Positions 40,901 to 48,136 of a stretch of 64,000 nt of DNA are shown in pieces. The DNA lies in NCBI GenBank assembly GCA_040756875.1, contig JBFLYH010000002.1, positions 981,246 through 1,045,245 on the forward strand. The letters are read 5' to 3'. Numbering within the stretch: the stretch's first letter is position 1; each line of letters starts with the position of its first letter. The DNA is from a candidate division FCPU426 bacterium. GTDB lineage: Bacteria > Oederibacteriota > JAAXVQ01 > JAUVAV01. A model generated the notes under the pieces. It saw nothing but the letters and a program-made list of their open reading frames with translations, was not told the DNA's origin and ran no database searches. Position numbers and translations under genes: made by a program.

Positions 40901-41537
40901 CAACAAGCAGGAACAAACCTACGAAACGTATATGGCCGGCGGCTTGCACCGGCTGGACGCCCGGGCGGTTCACAGCGCCCCGGGCGAAAGGATCCTGTTC
41001 GCCTGGAGCTGCAGCCAGGATGTGCCGTACTACCTCTATGACGAAGCGCACCAGAACCGGTTTGCCAAGGAGCCTGTCCCGAACACGCACCTGTTCACCT
41101 ACCCCGAACCCAAAGGGCTCCTGGCCACTTTTTATTACAAACCGGACTGGACCGGCGGGATCGCCCGGCAAGTGGTGGAACCCGCCCTGTTCTACTTGTG
41201 GATGGGGCCGCCGTACGGCCTTAACATGCCCTTCTCAGCGGATTGGAAAGGCTGGATCGACATCGAAAAACCCGGCACGTACCAGTTCGGCGTGGACTGC
41301 AGCGGGTACTCGGATGTCACGATCGACGGCATCCCGGTCGTCGTCCAGGGCGAGCCGCCTTTTTCCGGCGTTCCCCGCCTGCAGGGCCGCAATTCAGTCC
41401 AGCTGGCGGCCGGGCGCCATCCGGTGACTGTCCGCTGGTCGCAGCAGTACGGGCTGTTGTTCAGGTTCTGGTGGGTTCCGCCCGGCCAAAAGAAGGAAAT
41501 CGTTCCCGTTTGGGTTCTGACGCCTCAGGACAAGTAA
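37938..41537 (+). CDS. large GT-C-like membrane protein with two C-terminal PA14-like domains
   Basis: 1199 aa; polytopic N-terminal two-thirds with acidic loop motif GIECDEAG; C-terminal PA14-like beta-sandwich patterns. Confidence 0.55.
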   Translation: MADKIKAAFEALKKSGINVSLRFVWLALAVGLIGLGQVNFFSRNLAAGMGLTLLGAVVLLLAAGESGKQAALLQRAGKWFGRAAERFSAFARARQKAEDLATGTAGQPAAKTNWKPLKTQFEETRRSWLAFAEETTFTAPKNLVMILGILLILAGQPFLVAEKFVLALILIIPGLYLLVNVIFAPQERYVIGRLDHIIRTVLFLIPGVGLIILGCMIHFQAVSLSLPREALGLGLNALGIFIIFSLFPRIIPDSFPESGDPVDQVTGRAANRTQVFMKIGLVALALVFFLASKHYANPATLNLSALMALLFLTAMSLSFPWSAEPRDQTSGENIVLKWLVKYLRLAAFGLGLYWAYRGQVLISHEQLYPGLYRFLAAAIAMWIALREPDPKYVDELKEKPLAWYWEALALVAILSAATWVRVHLLKDIPYGIECDEAGAGAHAVDVLQNHFSSLTIHPSGRPLFMLLDKVVTIRFFGIDNIGMKLGAAIWGTAGVFCVYLMTRFLFGTRAALATAALMACSRWHIHFSRYGWANTLMLVLQITGFYFIAKGIQTRNKWFFFLAGVGLTLSIHTETAARMVPFMCLGLLVYFVLFYKRFFRRNWQTLLVFLLGVWLAGASLFLFWVKQPRYLFNRVYEVSVFSGDANAPRNLVKGLVESTKLSLTQMNWHGDTRTRHNGGLSGEPVLDFWSAILFALGFGFSLYYWRRFRYTILLMWFFGSMAASIFALEAPQSHRAFGALPPIFMLMGAFIDRSRRLLRETLGKPGTLAGGLVLLLLLVPIAKINYKKYFDAYPGFDTACTAAAKYMGRVWPKAEQVIMSAYLWIGHPPFELYARGISGHFYFAASEAVPFRQQTDRDVNYTLILEYPEIMPTIQWYYPEGEYSEETHVRYGLQYRGWGVKHEIIQKYRGLNASYWSNPYWAGEPKLRRKDADLNLTFDQTTWPWNGPGSVKWEGTVFIPREGKYVFYLYGTNEVEVKVGSQVHLRAGNKQEQTYETYMAGGLHRLDARAVHSAPGERILFAWSCSQDVPYYLYDEAHQNRFAKEPVPNTHLFTYPEPKGLLATFYYKPDWTGGIARQVVEPALFYLWMGPPYGLNMPFSADWKGWIDIEKPGTYQFGVDCSGYSDVTIDGIPVVVQGEPPFSGVPRLQGRNSVQLAAGRHPVTVRWSQQYGLLFRFWWVPPGQKKEIVPVWVLTPQDK

Positions 41538-41539
41538 GC

Positions 41540-42817
41540 ATGGCCGCGGAACGGAAGGAAGGCTTGGTCGGCGTCTCCCTGCTGCTGTTCCTGCTGACCA
41601 TGGGGAACAGCGTCTGCGGCTTTGCGCTCCACGCCGTGGCCAGCCGCGTGCTGGGCCCGGAGGACTATGGCGCCTTCGTAAGCCTGCTGGCCCTGCTGAT
41701 GATCCTGGCCGTGCCCAGCCAGGCGGTGCAAATGATCGTCGCCAAACAGATCACGCTCGAGTTGATCCAGAACCAGCTGCGCCGCGCCGTCGTCCTGACC
41801 TGGCAGGCGGTGCGCTGGTCGGCGGCCGCCGGAATGCTGTTGTGGCTGGCCGTGACGCTCGCCCTGCCGGTCCTGAAATCCTTCCTGCACCTGCCTTCCG
41901 CGTCCCCCCTCCTGGCGGTCGGCGCCGCGATCGTCCTGACGCTGATCACCCCGGTGCTGCGCGGTTTTCTGCAAGGCACTCAGCGTTTCCAGGCTTTGGG
42001 CTGGAACTTCTTTTTAGAGGGCGTGGGGCGTCTGGCCTGGGGCGCACTGTTTCTGCTGGTGGGGTGGGGCGTCCTGGGCGCGGTCCTGGCCAGCGCCGCC
42101 GGCGCCTTGACGGCCGCGCTGATCGCCGTCTGGCTGCTGGGCGCCGCAGCCAAGGGCCTGGACCGGAACGGCCCGGAGCAGCCGGCCGCCCGGACGTCGC
42201 TGGGGCTGCAGGATTACGGCTGGCTGGTGCTGGTCACCATGGCCGCGTTTTTCGCCCTGTCCAACCTGGACGTGCTGATCGTCAAACACCTCTTTCCGCA
42301 GGCCGACGCCGGATATTATTCGGCCGGTTCTCTGATCGGCAAGGCGTTTCTGTTCCTGCCCTACACCTTTGCCCAGGTCCTGTTTCCGAAAGCCAGCCGC
42401 CACCATGCCCTGGGCGAGAGCACCCTCTCCCTGTTGAACCGCAGCCTGCTGTACACGGCCGCGGCCCTGCTGCTGGGGATGATTGCGGTCTACGCGCTGG
42501 CGCCGGTCCTGCTGTCGGTGCTGTTCGGGCCGGAATACAACAATCCCACCACCCTGCGCATGATCCGCTATTTCGGCGCGGCCATGACGCCGCTGGCCCT
42601 GGTATACGTGATGATGCAGTACAGCCTGGCGCTTAAAAACGCCGAGTTGTCCCTGCTGATGCTGGCGGATCTTCCGGTCTTCATTATCCTGCTCATGACT
42701 CTGCCCCGCAGCCTGGAAGGCGTACTCCTGGCCATGGGCTTGAATTTCCTGATCCTGGCGGCGGCCGGCTACGCGGCCATCCGGGCCAAGGCGCAGCCCC
42801 TGGCCGCGAAAGCCTAG
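41540..42817 (+). CDS. polysaccharide/oligosaccharide flippase-like membrane protein (Wzx/MOP-like)
   Basis: ATG 41540, 3 nt after the previous stop; 425 aa, ~12 predicted TM helices. Confidence 0.5.
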   Translation: MAAERKEGLVGVSLLLFLLTMGNSVCGFALHAVASRVLGPEDYGAFVSLLALLMILAVPSQAVQMIVAKQITLELIQNQLRRAVVLTWQAVRWSAAAGMLLWLAVTLALPVLKSFLHLPSASPLLAVGAAIVLTLITPVLRGFLQGTQRFQALGWNFFLEGVGRLAWGALFLLVGWGVLGAVLASAAGALTAALIAVWLLGAAAKGLDRNGPEQPAARTSLGLQDYGWLVLVTMAAFFALSNLDVLIVKHLFPQADAGYYSAGSLIGKAFLFLPYTFAQVLFPKASRHHALGESTLSLLNRSLLYTAAALLLGMIAVYALAPVLLSVLFGPEYNNPTTLRMIRYFGAAMTPLALVYVMMQYSLALKNAELSLLMLADLPVFIILLMTLPRSLEGVLLAMGLNFLILAAAGYAAIRAKAQPLAAKA

Positions 42818-42830
42818 AGGGAGGCGGCGC

Positions 42831-43685
42831 ATGGACCCCCTTCGCCCGCAGGATGCCGGCGTGGACGTCACCCTGGTCATTCCGGCTTATAATGTGGAAA
42901 CCCGCATCGTGCCCCTGCTCCAGTCGGCCCGGGACCAGCAGGGAGCGAAGGTTGAGACCCTGGTGGTCGACGATGCGTCGACCGACCGCACGGCCGAGGT
43001 GGCCGAGCACTGGGGCGCGCGGGTCGTGCGCAACGAGGTCAACCTGGACCGCTCGGAGGCCCGCAACGTGGGGGCCCGGGCGGCGCGGGGCAAATACATC
43101 TGGTTCATCGATTCGGACATGGAACTGACCCCGGGCATCGCGCAGGCGGCTTGGGAGGCCTGCGAACGCGAACAGCTGGACGGGCTGGTCATTCCGGAGC
43201 GCATCCGGCCGGCGAACCTGTGGGCCAAGAGCCGCAACCTGGAATTTATCATCAACGACAGCGACGAGGAGCGCTTTGTCCTGCGCTTCGTCCGCCGGGA
43301 CTTCTTCCTGCAAACCAAGGGGTTCGACGCCAGCCTGATCGCGGCCGAGGATTACGACTACCACCGCCGCATGCTGGACCATGGCGCCCGTTACCGGCTG
43401 CTGACAGGCTGGCACGTCTGGCACCACGAGCTGACCTCCATGCGGCGGGTGCTGAAAAAGTACTATTACTACGGGCTGACCATGTCGCTGTACATCCGGC
43501 GGCACAAGCAGCTGGCCGTGCGGCAGTTCTCGTTTCCCCGGCGCGGCTACCTTAAGCGGCTGGACCTGCTGCTGGGCCATCCCTGGCTGACGGCGAGCCT
43601 TTTTTTCTTCAAGACCCTCCAGTACGCGGCCGGCTTGGCGGGCATTGTGATGGCCTGGCTGGGATGGGACCGGGCGAAAAAATGA
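42831..43685 (+). CDS. glycosyltransferase family 2
   Basis: VTLVIPAYNVE...LVVDDASTDRT...DSD motifs. Confidence 0.75.
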   Translation: MDPLRPQDAGVDVTLVIPAYNVETRIVPLLQSARDQQGAKVETLVVDDASTDRTAEVAEHWGARVVRNEVNLDRSEARNVGARAARGKYIWFIDSDMELTPGIAQAAWEACEREQLDGLVIPERIRPANLWAKSRNLEFIINDSDEERFVLRFVRRDFFLQTKGFDASLIAAEDYDYHRRMLDHGARYRLLTGWHVWHHELTSMRRVLKKYYYYGLTMSLYIRRHKQLAVRQFSFPRRGYLKRLDLLLGHPWLTASLFFFKTLQYAAGLAGIVMAWLGWDRAKK

Positions 43686-44827
43686 GGCCCGCGCCCGCGT
43701 ATTTCATCGCCTGCCATATCGGAGACGACTACGGACCGCAGTTCGCCCTGCGCAACCACCTGGTCAAGCGGCGGGCGTCGTTCGTGTTTGTCACCTGCCC
43801 GTTCGATTTCGCCCGGGTTCCGGCCGCGCGGCTCGAACGGTACGAACAGGGGCAGTGCGTGGAAACCGTCGTCGGGCACGCCAACCGGAGCAAAGGGGTG
43901 GTCAGCTGGGTCAAGGACGTGCTGTTCGTGCTGGCCGCGGGCTTGCGCTGGTGCGGGCGCCGGACCCAGTTCATCGGCATCAACAACCTGCACGCCTCGG
44001 TGGGGGTGTTGCTCCGCTGGCTGAAGCGCTGCCAAAGCGTGGTGTACTACATCGTGGACTACACGCCGCGGCGCTTTCCCTCGCGGGTGCTGAACCTGGT
44101 CTACCAGCGGCTGGCCCGGTTCGCGGGCCGGCACGCGGATTGCCTGTGGGCCGTGTCGGAGCGGATCAAGCGGGTCTATACGGCCTGGGGGGCCGCGGAG
44201 CCGGCCAGCCTGGTGGTTCCCATCGGCCTGGACCCCGAGGACATCAGCGTGGCCGAACCCGGCCAGGTGGAGCGCAACACGCTGGTGGTCGTCAGCACGC
44301 TCTTCGAGAACAAGGGGGTCCAGCTGGCCATCGAGGCGCTGCCGGCCCTGCCCGGGGCGCGGCTGAAAATCATCGGCGTGGGCCCGTACGCCGACGCCCT
44401 GCGCGGCCTGGCCCGGTCCCGGGAAGTGGAAGACCGGGTGGCGTTCCTCGGGCATCTGGACCGCAAGGCGCTGTTCGCGGAGGTGGCGCGCAGCCGTATC
44501 GCCCTGGCGACGTACGTGGCCGACGCGGCCAACTATTCCTACTACGCGGATTCAGCCAAGCCGAAGGAGTATCTGGCCTGCGGCGTGCCGACGGTCATTA
44601 CCCGGGTGCCCTGGATCGCCGAACTTATTGCGGAAAAACCCATGGGTCTTGCGATAGAATATCGGGTCGAGGAACTGGTCGCGGCCTGCCGCCGCCTGTT
44701 CGAGGACGACGCCTTGTGGCGGACCTGCCGCGAGAACGCCCTGCGTTTCTCGCAGGGGCAGACCTGGGAGGCCATTTACGACGCGGCCCTGTCCCGGACC
44801 GGGGCCGGGCGCGGGAGGACGGCATGA
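43682..44827 (+). CDS. glycosyltransferase family 4 (GT-B fold)
   Basis: ATGA-coupled; C-terminal GT4 donor-binding block with EYLACGVPTVITRV. Confidence 0.65.
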   Translation: MRPAPAYFIACHIGDDYGPQFALRNHLVKRRASFVFVTCPFDFARVPAARLERYEQGQCVETVVGHANRSKGVVSWVKDVLFVLAAGLRWCGRRTQFIGINNLHASVGVLLRWLKRCQSVVYYIVDYTPRRFPSRVLNLVYQRLARFAGRHADCLWAVSERIKRVYTAWGAAEPASLVVPIGLDPEDISVAEPGQVERNTLVVVSTLFENKGVQLAIEALPALPGARLKIIGVGPYADALRGLARSREVEDRVAFLGHLDRKALFAEVARSRIALATYVADAANYSYYADSAKPKEYLACGVPTVITRVPWIAELIAEKPMGLAIEYRVEELVAACRRLFEDDALWRTCRENALRFSQGQTWEAIYDAALSRTGAGRGRTA

Positions 44828-45597
44828 ACCCGTTTAAACGGCTGCTCAAATGGTACGCGCCCATGGCCTTCGGCGACGGGTTGAACCGCTGCAATCAGCT
44901 GGCCCTGCGGCTGGCGCGGCGGGAGCCGTGGCAGCGGCTGCTGGATGTCGGCTGCGGTGACGGGGAACTGACCGCGAAATTCCTCGCGGGCGCGTCCGGC
45001 CGCCGGGCGGACGGCATCGAATACGTCGCCGCGCTGCACGAGGCGGCCGGACGGCGGGGGATCGCCTGCCGCAGCCTGGACGTCAACCTGCCGTGGACCG
45101 GCGTCGGCGATTCGGCCTACGACCTGGTGCTGTCCAGCCAGAACATCGAGCACGTGCACAACACGCGCCTGTACCTGGAGGAGTGCCGCCGCTGCCTGAA
45201 ACCCGGGGGGAGGCTGCTGGTGCTGACCGAAAACCTGGCCTCCTGGATCAACATCGGCGCGCTGCTGTTCGGGTGGCAGCCCTTCTCGACCACCAACATC
45301 GACGGCTGGAGCGTCGGCAATCCCTGCGTGTGGCACGCCGACGAGCCGAAGGACATGGCTTTCGTCGAGGAGCAGAAAAAGCACGGCGTGACCGGGACCA
45401 CCGGCCACATCCGGGTGTGGACCCGCGCCGGCCTGGCGGATCTCCTGAAACGCGTGGGCTTTGAGGATGTCCGGCTCTACGGACGGGGGTATTTGCCGTT
45501 TTGGGGCTGGCTGTCGGACTGCCTGAGCGCGCTGGACGGCCGGCACAGCCATTTTCTCGTCGCCAGCGCCCGGAAGCCGGGCGGAGCGCCGGCCTAA
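44824..45597 (+). CDS. class I SAM-dependent methyltransferase
   Basis: ATGA-coupled; SAM motif I LLDVGCGDGELT. Confidence 0.7.
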   Translation: MNPFKRLLKWYAPMAFGDGLNRCNQLALRLARREPWQRLLDVGCGDGELTAKFLAGASGRRADGIEYVAALHEAAGRRGIACRSLDVNLPWTGVGDSAYDLVLSSQNIEHVHNTRLYLEECRRCLKPGGRLLVLTENLASWINIGALLFGWQPFSTTNIDGWSVGNPCVWHADEPKDMAFVEEQKKHGVTGTTGHIRVWTRAGLADLLKRVGFEDVRLYGRGYLPFWGWLSDCLSALDGRHSHFLVASARKPGGAPA

Positions 45598-45654
45598 GGC
45601 GGCCGGAAAGGCTCCGCAGCACGTCCATTCTGAAGCAAAGGGGGATGAACCCGC

Positions 45655-46623
45655 ATGCCTTCCCAGCCCCGCTCCGGAACGGCCAAACCCCGCTTGGTGG
45701 TGGTGGCGCCGTTCTACAATGAGCAGGAAGTGCTTCCCGAAACCGCCAAGCGTCTGACGGCGGTGCTTGACCAGTTGAAGCGGAAGGGGCGGATATCGCC
45801 CCAGAGCCACCTGCTGTTCGTGGACGACGGCAGCGAGGACGGCACCTGGAACCGGCTGAAAGAGCTGAAGAAGCGCCAGCCGTCCCTGGCCGCGCTGCGC
45901 CTATCGCGGAACTGCGGGCATCAGAACGCCTTGATGGCCGGATTGATGGCCGCGCGCACGCAAGCGGACTGCGTCATTTCCATCGACGGGGACCTGCAGC
46001 AGGACGAAAACGCGATCCCGGCGTTCGTGGAGAAGTACCGCGAGGGCTATGACCTCGTGTACGGCGTGCGCAAGAACCGGAGCACGGACTCGTTTTTCAA
46101 ACGGGCGACCGCGGAGATATTCTACCGGTTCATGCACATGCTGGGCGTGCGGGTGATCCGCAACCACGCGGATTACCGGCTGGCCAGCCGGCGGGCGCTC
46201 GACGCCCTGGCCGAGCACGGCGAGACCATGCTGTTCCTGCGGGGGATTTTCACCACCCTGGGGTTTAAAAGCACGGTCGTCTACCACGACGTGCGCGAAC
46301 GGTACGCCGGCGCCTCGAAGTACTCGGTGCGCAAAATGATGTCCTTCGCGCTGAACGGCATCACCTCGTTCACGTTCAGCCCCATCCGCTTCGTGAGTTT
46401 TCTGGGGCTGGGAGTGGTCGCGGCCAGCATCGTGGTGGGCATCCTGACCTGGCTGCTGACCAAGCCCGGCCAGGTCATTGATTTTAAAATCATCCTGTTT
46501 TTCGCGATCTACTTCCTGGGCGGCGTGCAGCTGGTCTGCCTGGGCGTGATCGGCGAATACGTGGGCAAGGTGTACGTGGAAGTGAAGAAGCGCCCCAAAT
46601 ACATCGTCGCCGAGGAGTTCTGA
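45655..46623 (+). CDS. polyprenyl-phosphate glycosyltransferase (GT2; DPM1/GtrB/ArnC-like)
   Basis: VVVAPFYNE...FVDDGSEDGT...IDGDLQQD motifs plus two C-terminal TM helices. Confidence 0.75.
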   Translation: MPSQPRSGTAKPRLVVVAPFYNEQEVLPETAKRLTAVLDQLKRKGRISPQSHLLFVDDGSEDGTWNRLKELKKRQPSLAALRLSRNCGHQNALMAGLMAARTQADCVISIDGDLQQDENAIPAFVEKYREGYDLVYGVRKNRSTDSFFKRATAEIFYRFMHMLGVRVIRNHADYRLASRRALDALAEHGETMLFLRGIFTTLGFKSTVVYHDVRERYAGASKYSVRKMMSFALNGITSFTFSPIRFVSFLGLGVVAASIVVGILTWLLTKPGQVIDFKIILFFAIYFLGGVQLVCLGVIGEYVGKVYVEVKKRPKYIVAEEF

Positions 46624-46626
46624 TCC

Positions 46627-47265
46627 GTGCGTCCCATGGAGCGGTTGTACCTGGACCGGCTTTTCCGCCGGGTGGAGGGCTTGCTGGCGGCCGGCGGCCT
46701 GAGGCCGGGCGCCTCGGTGCTGGATATGGGCTGCGGCGTCGGCCTCGACGCGGAATATCTGCTGGAGCGCGGTTTTCAGGTCACGGGCCTGGATGTGGAG
46801 CGGCACGACGGCGACTGGAAGGCCCTGGCCGGCCGCGGCATCCGTTTTGAATGCGCTTCAGCCGAGGACCTGCCGTATCCGGACGACAGTTTCGACGCCG
46901 TGTGGATCAAGGACGCGCTGCACCACATGCAACAGCCGGAACGGGCGCTGGCCGAAGCGCGCCGCGTGGCCAAGCCGGGCGGGCCGGTCATCGTGATCGA
47001 AGCCAACCGGTACAACCCGGTTTTTTACTTCCACCTGACGCTGTTCGGCGGGCACCAGCACTTCTCGCGGCGCCGGTTCAGGCAATTGCTGGGCACGGCT
47101 GCGGGCGACTACGCCCTGGCCCGGGCCGAGAGCCGCTGCCTGCCCTGGGACGCCGCCTGGCTGCGGGCCCTGCTGGGCTGGTTCGAGGACCGGGTGGAAG
47201 GCTGTCCGCTCCTCGCGCCGTGGCTCACGTATCAGATCGCAGTAATAAAAGGCGGGGCAGCATGA
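46627..47265 (+). CDS. class I SAM-dependent methyltransferase
   Basis: GTG start (alternative ATG at 46636); SAM motif VLDMGCGVGLD. Confidence 0.65.
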   Translation: MRPMERLYLDRLFRRVEGLLAAGGLRPGASVLDMGCGVGLDAEYLLERGFQVTGLDVERHDGDWKALAGRGIRFECASAEDLPYPDDSFDAVWIKDALHHMQQPERALAEARRVAKPGGPVIVIEANRYNPVFYFHLTLFGGHQHFSRRRFRQLLGTAAGDYALARAESRCLPWDAAWLRALLGWFEDRVEGCPLLAPWLTYQIAVIKGGAA

Positions 47266-48059
47266 AACATCGATGGCTGCGCGGGCTCTACCATTGGGCC
47301 TACCAGTTTGGCTGGGACGGTTTGCGCTGGCTGCAGGCCTGGCGGGGCCTGCCGGCGTTCCTGCGCAACCGGGCGCGCTTCAAGCGCCAGTGGAAACGAA
47401 CTCCGTCTCCCTTTGCCTGGGGCAAGCTGAGGCCCTGCCCGGCCGACCGCTTTGCCGACGCCGGCCAGGCCCGCGGGCATTACTTCCACCAGGACCTGTG
47501 GGCAGCCCAGCGCCTCTTTGCCAACCAGCCGGACCAGCACGTGGACGCCGGCTCGCGCGTGGACGGCTTCGTGGCGCACGTGGCCTCGTTCCGCGAACTC
47601 GAGGTCTGGGATCTGCGGCCCCAGCCCGGGCCCCTGCCGCGCAATCTCCGTTTCCGGCGGCAGGATCTGACCCAGCGGCCCTGGCCTTTGAACGGATACT
47701 GCGGCTCGCTCTCCTGCCTGAGCGTGCTCGAACACCTGGGGCTGGGGCGCTACGGCGATGCCGTGGACCCGGAGGCTTATCTGGCCGGCTGGGAGAACCT
47801 GCACGCCGCGCTGAAACCTGGGGGGCGGCTGTATTTCTCCGTGCCCATCGGGCCGGGCCGCATCGAGTTCGACGCGCACCGCGTGTTTGATTTGAGTTAT
47901 TTGCTGCCGCTGATCGAGGAAAAATACCTCGTCGAAGCCCTGGCGTATGTGAACGACGAGGGCGATTTGGTGGAGCCGGCGGGCCGGGACCAAGGGGCGG
48001 AACGCGCCAGCTTCGGCTGCTGGTTCGGCTGCGGACTGTTTGTGTTGAAGAAAAAATAG
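47262..48059 (+). CDS. methyltransferase-fold protein, DUF268-like
   Basis: ATGA-coupled; 265 aa; family assignment from motif memory only. Confidence 0.45.
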   Translation: MKHRWLRGLYHWAYQFGWDGLRWLQAWRGLPAFLRNRARFKRQWKRTPSPFAWGKLRPCPADRFADAGQARGHYFHQDLWAAQRLFANQPDQHVDAGSRVDGFVAHVASFRELEVWDLRPQPGPLPRNLRFRRQDLTQRPWPLNGYCGSLSCLSVLEHLGLGRYGDAVDPEAYLAGWENLHAALKPGGRLYFSVPIGPGRIEFDAHRVFDLSYLLPLIEEKYLVEALAYVNDEGDLVEPAGRDQGAERASFGCWFGCGLFVLKKK

Positions 48060-48136
48060 GACTGCCAAGCTCAAGGTAGGGGCGTTCAATTGAACGCCCC
48101 TACAAAACGAAAACCCACCGAAAGGAAGAAACATCC

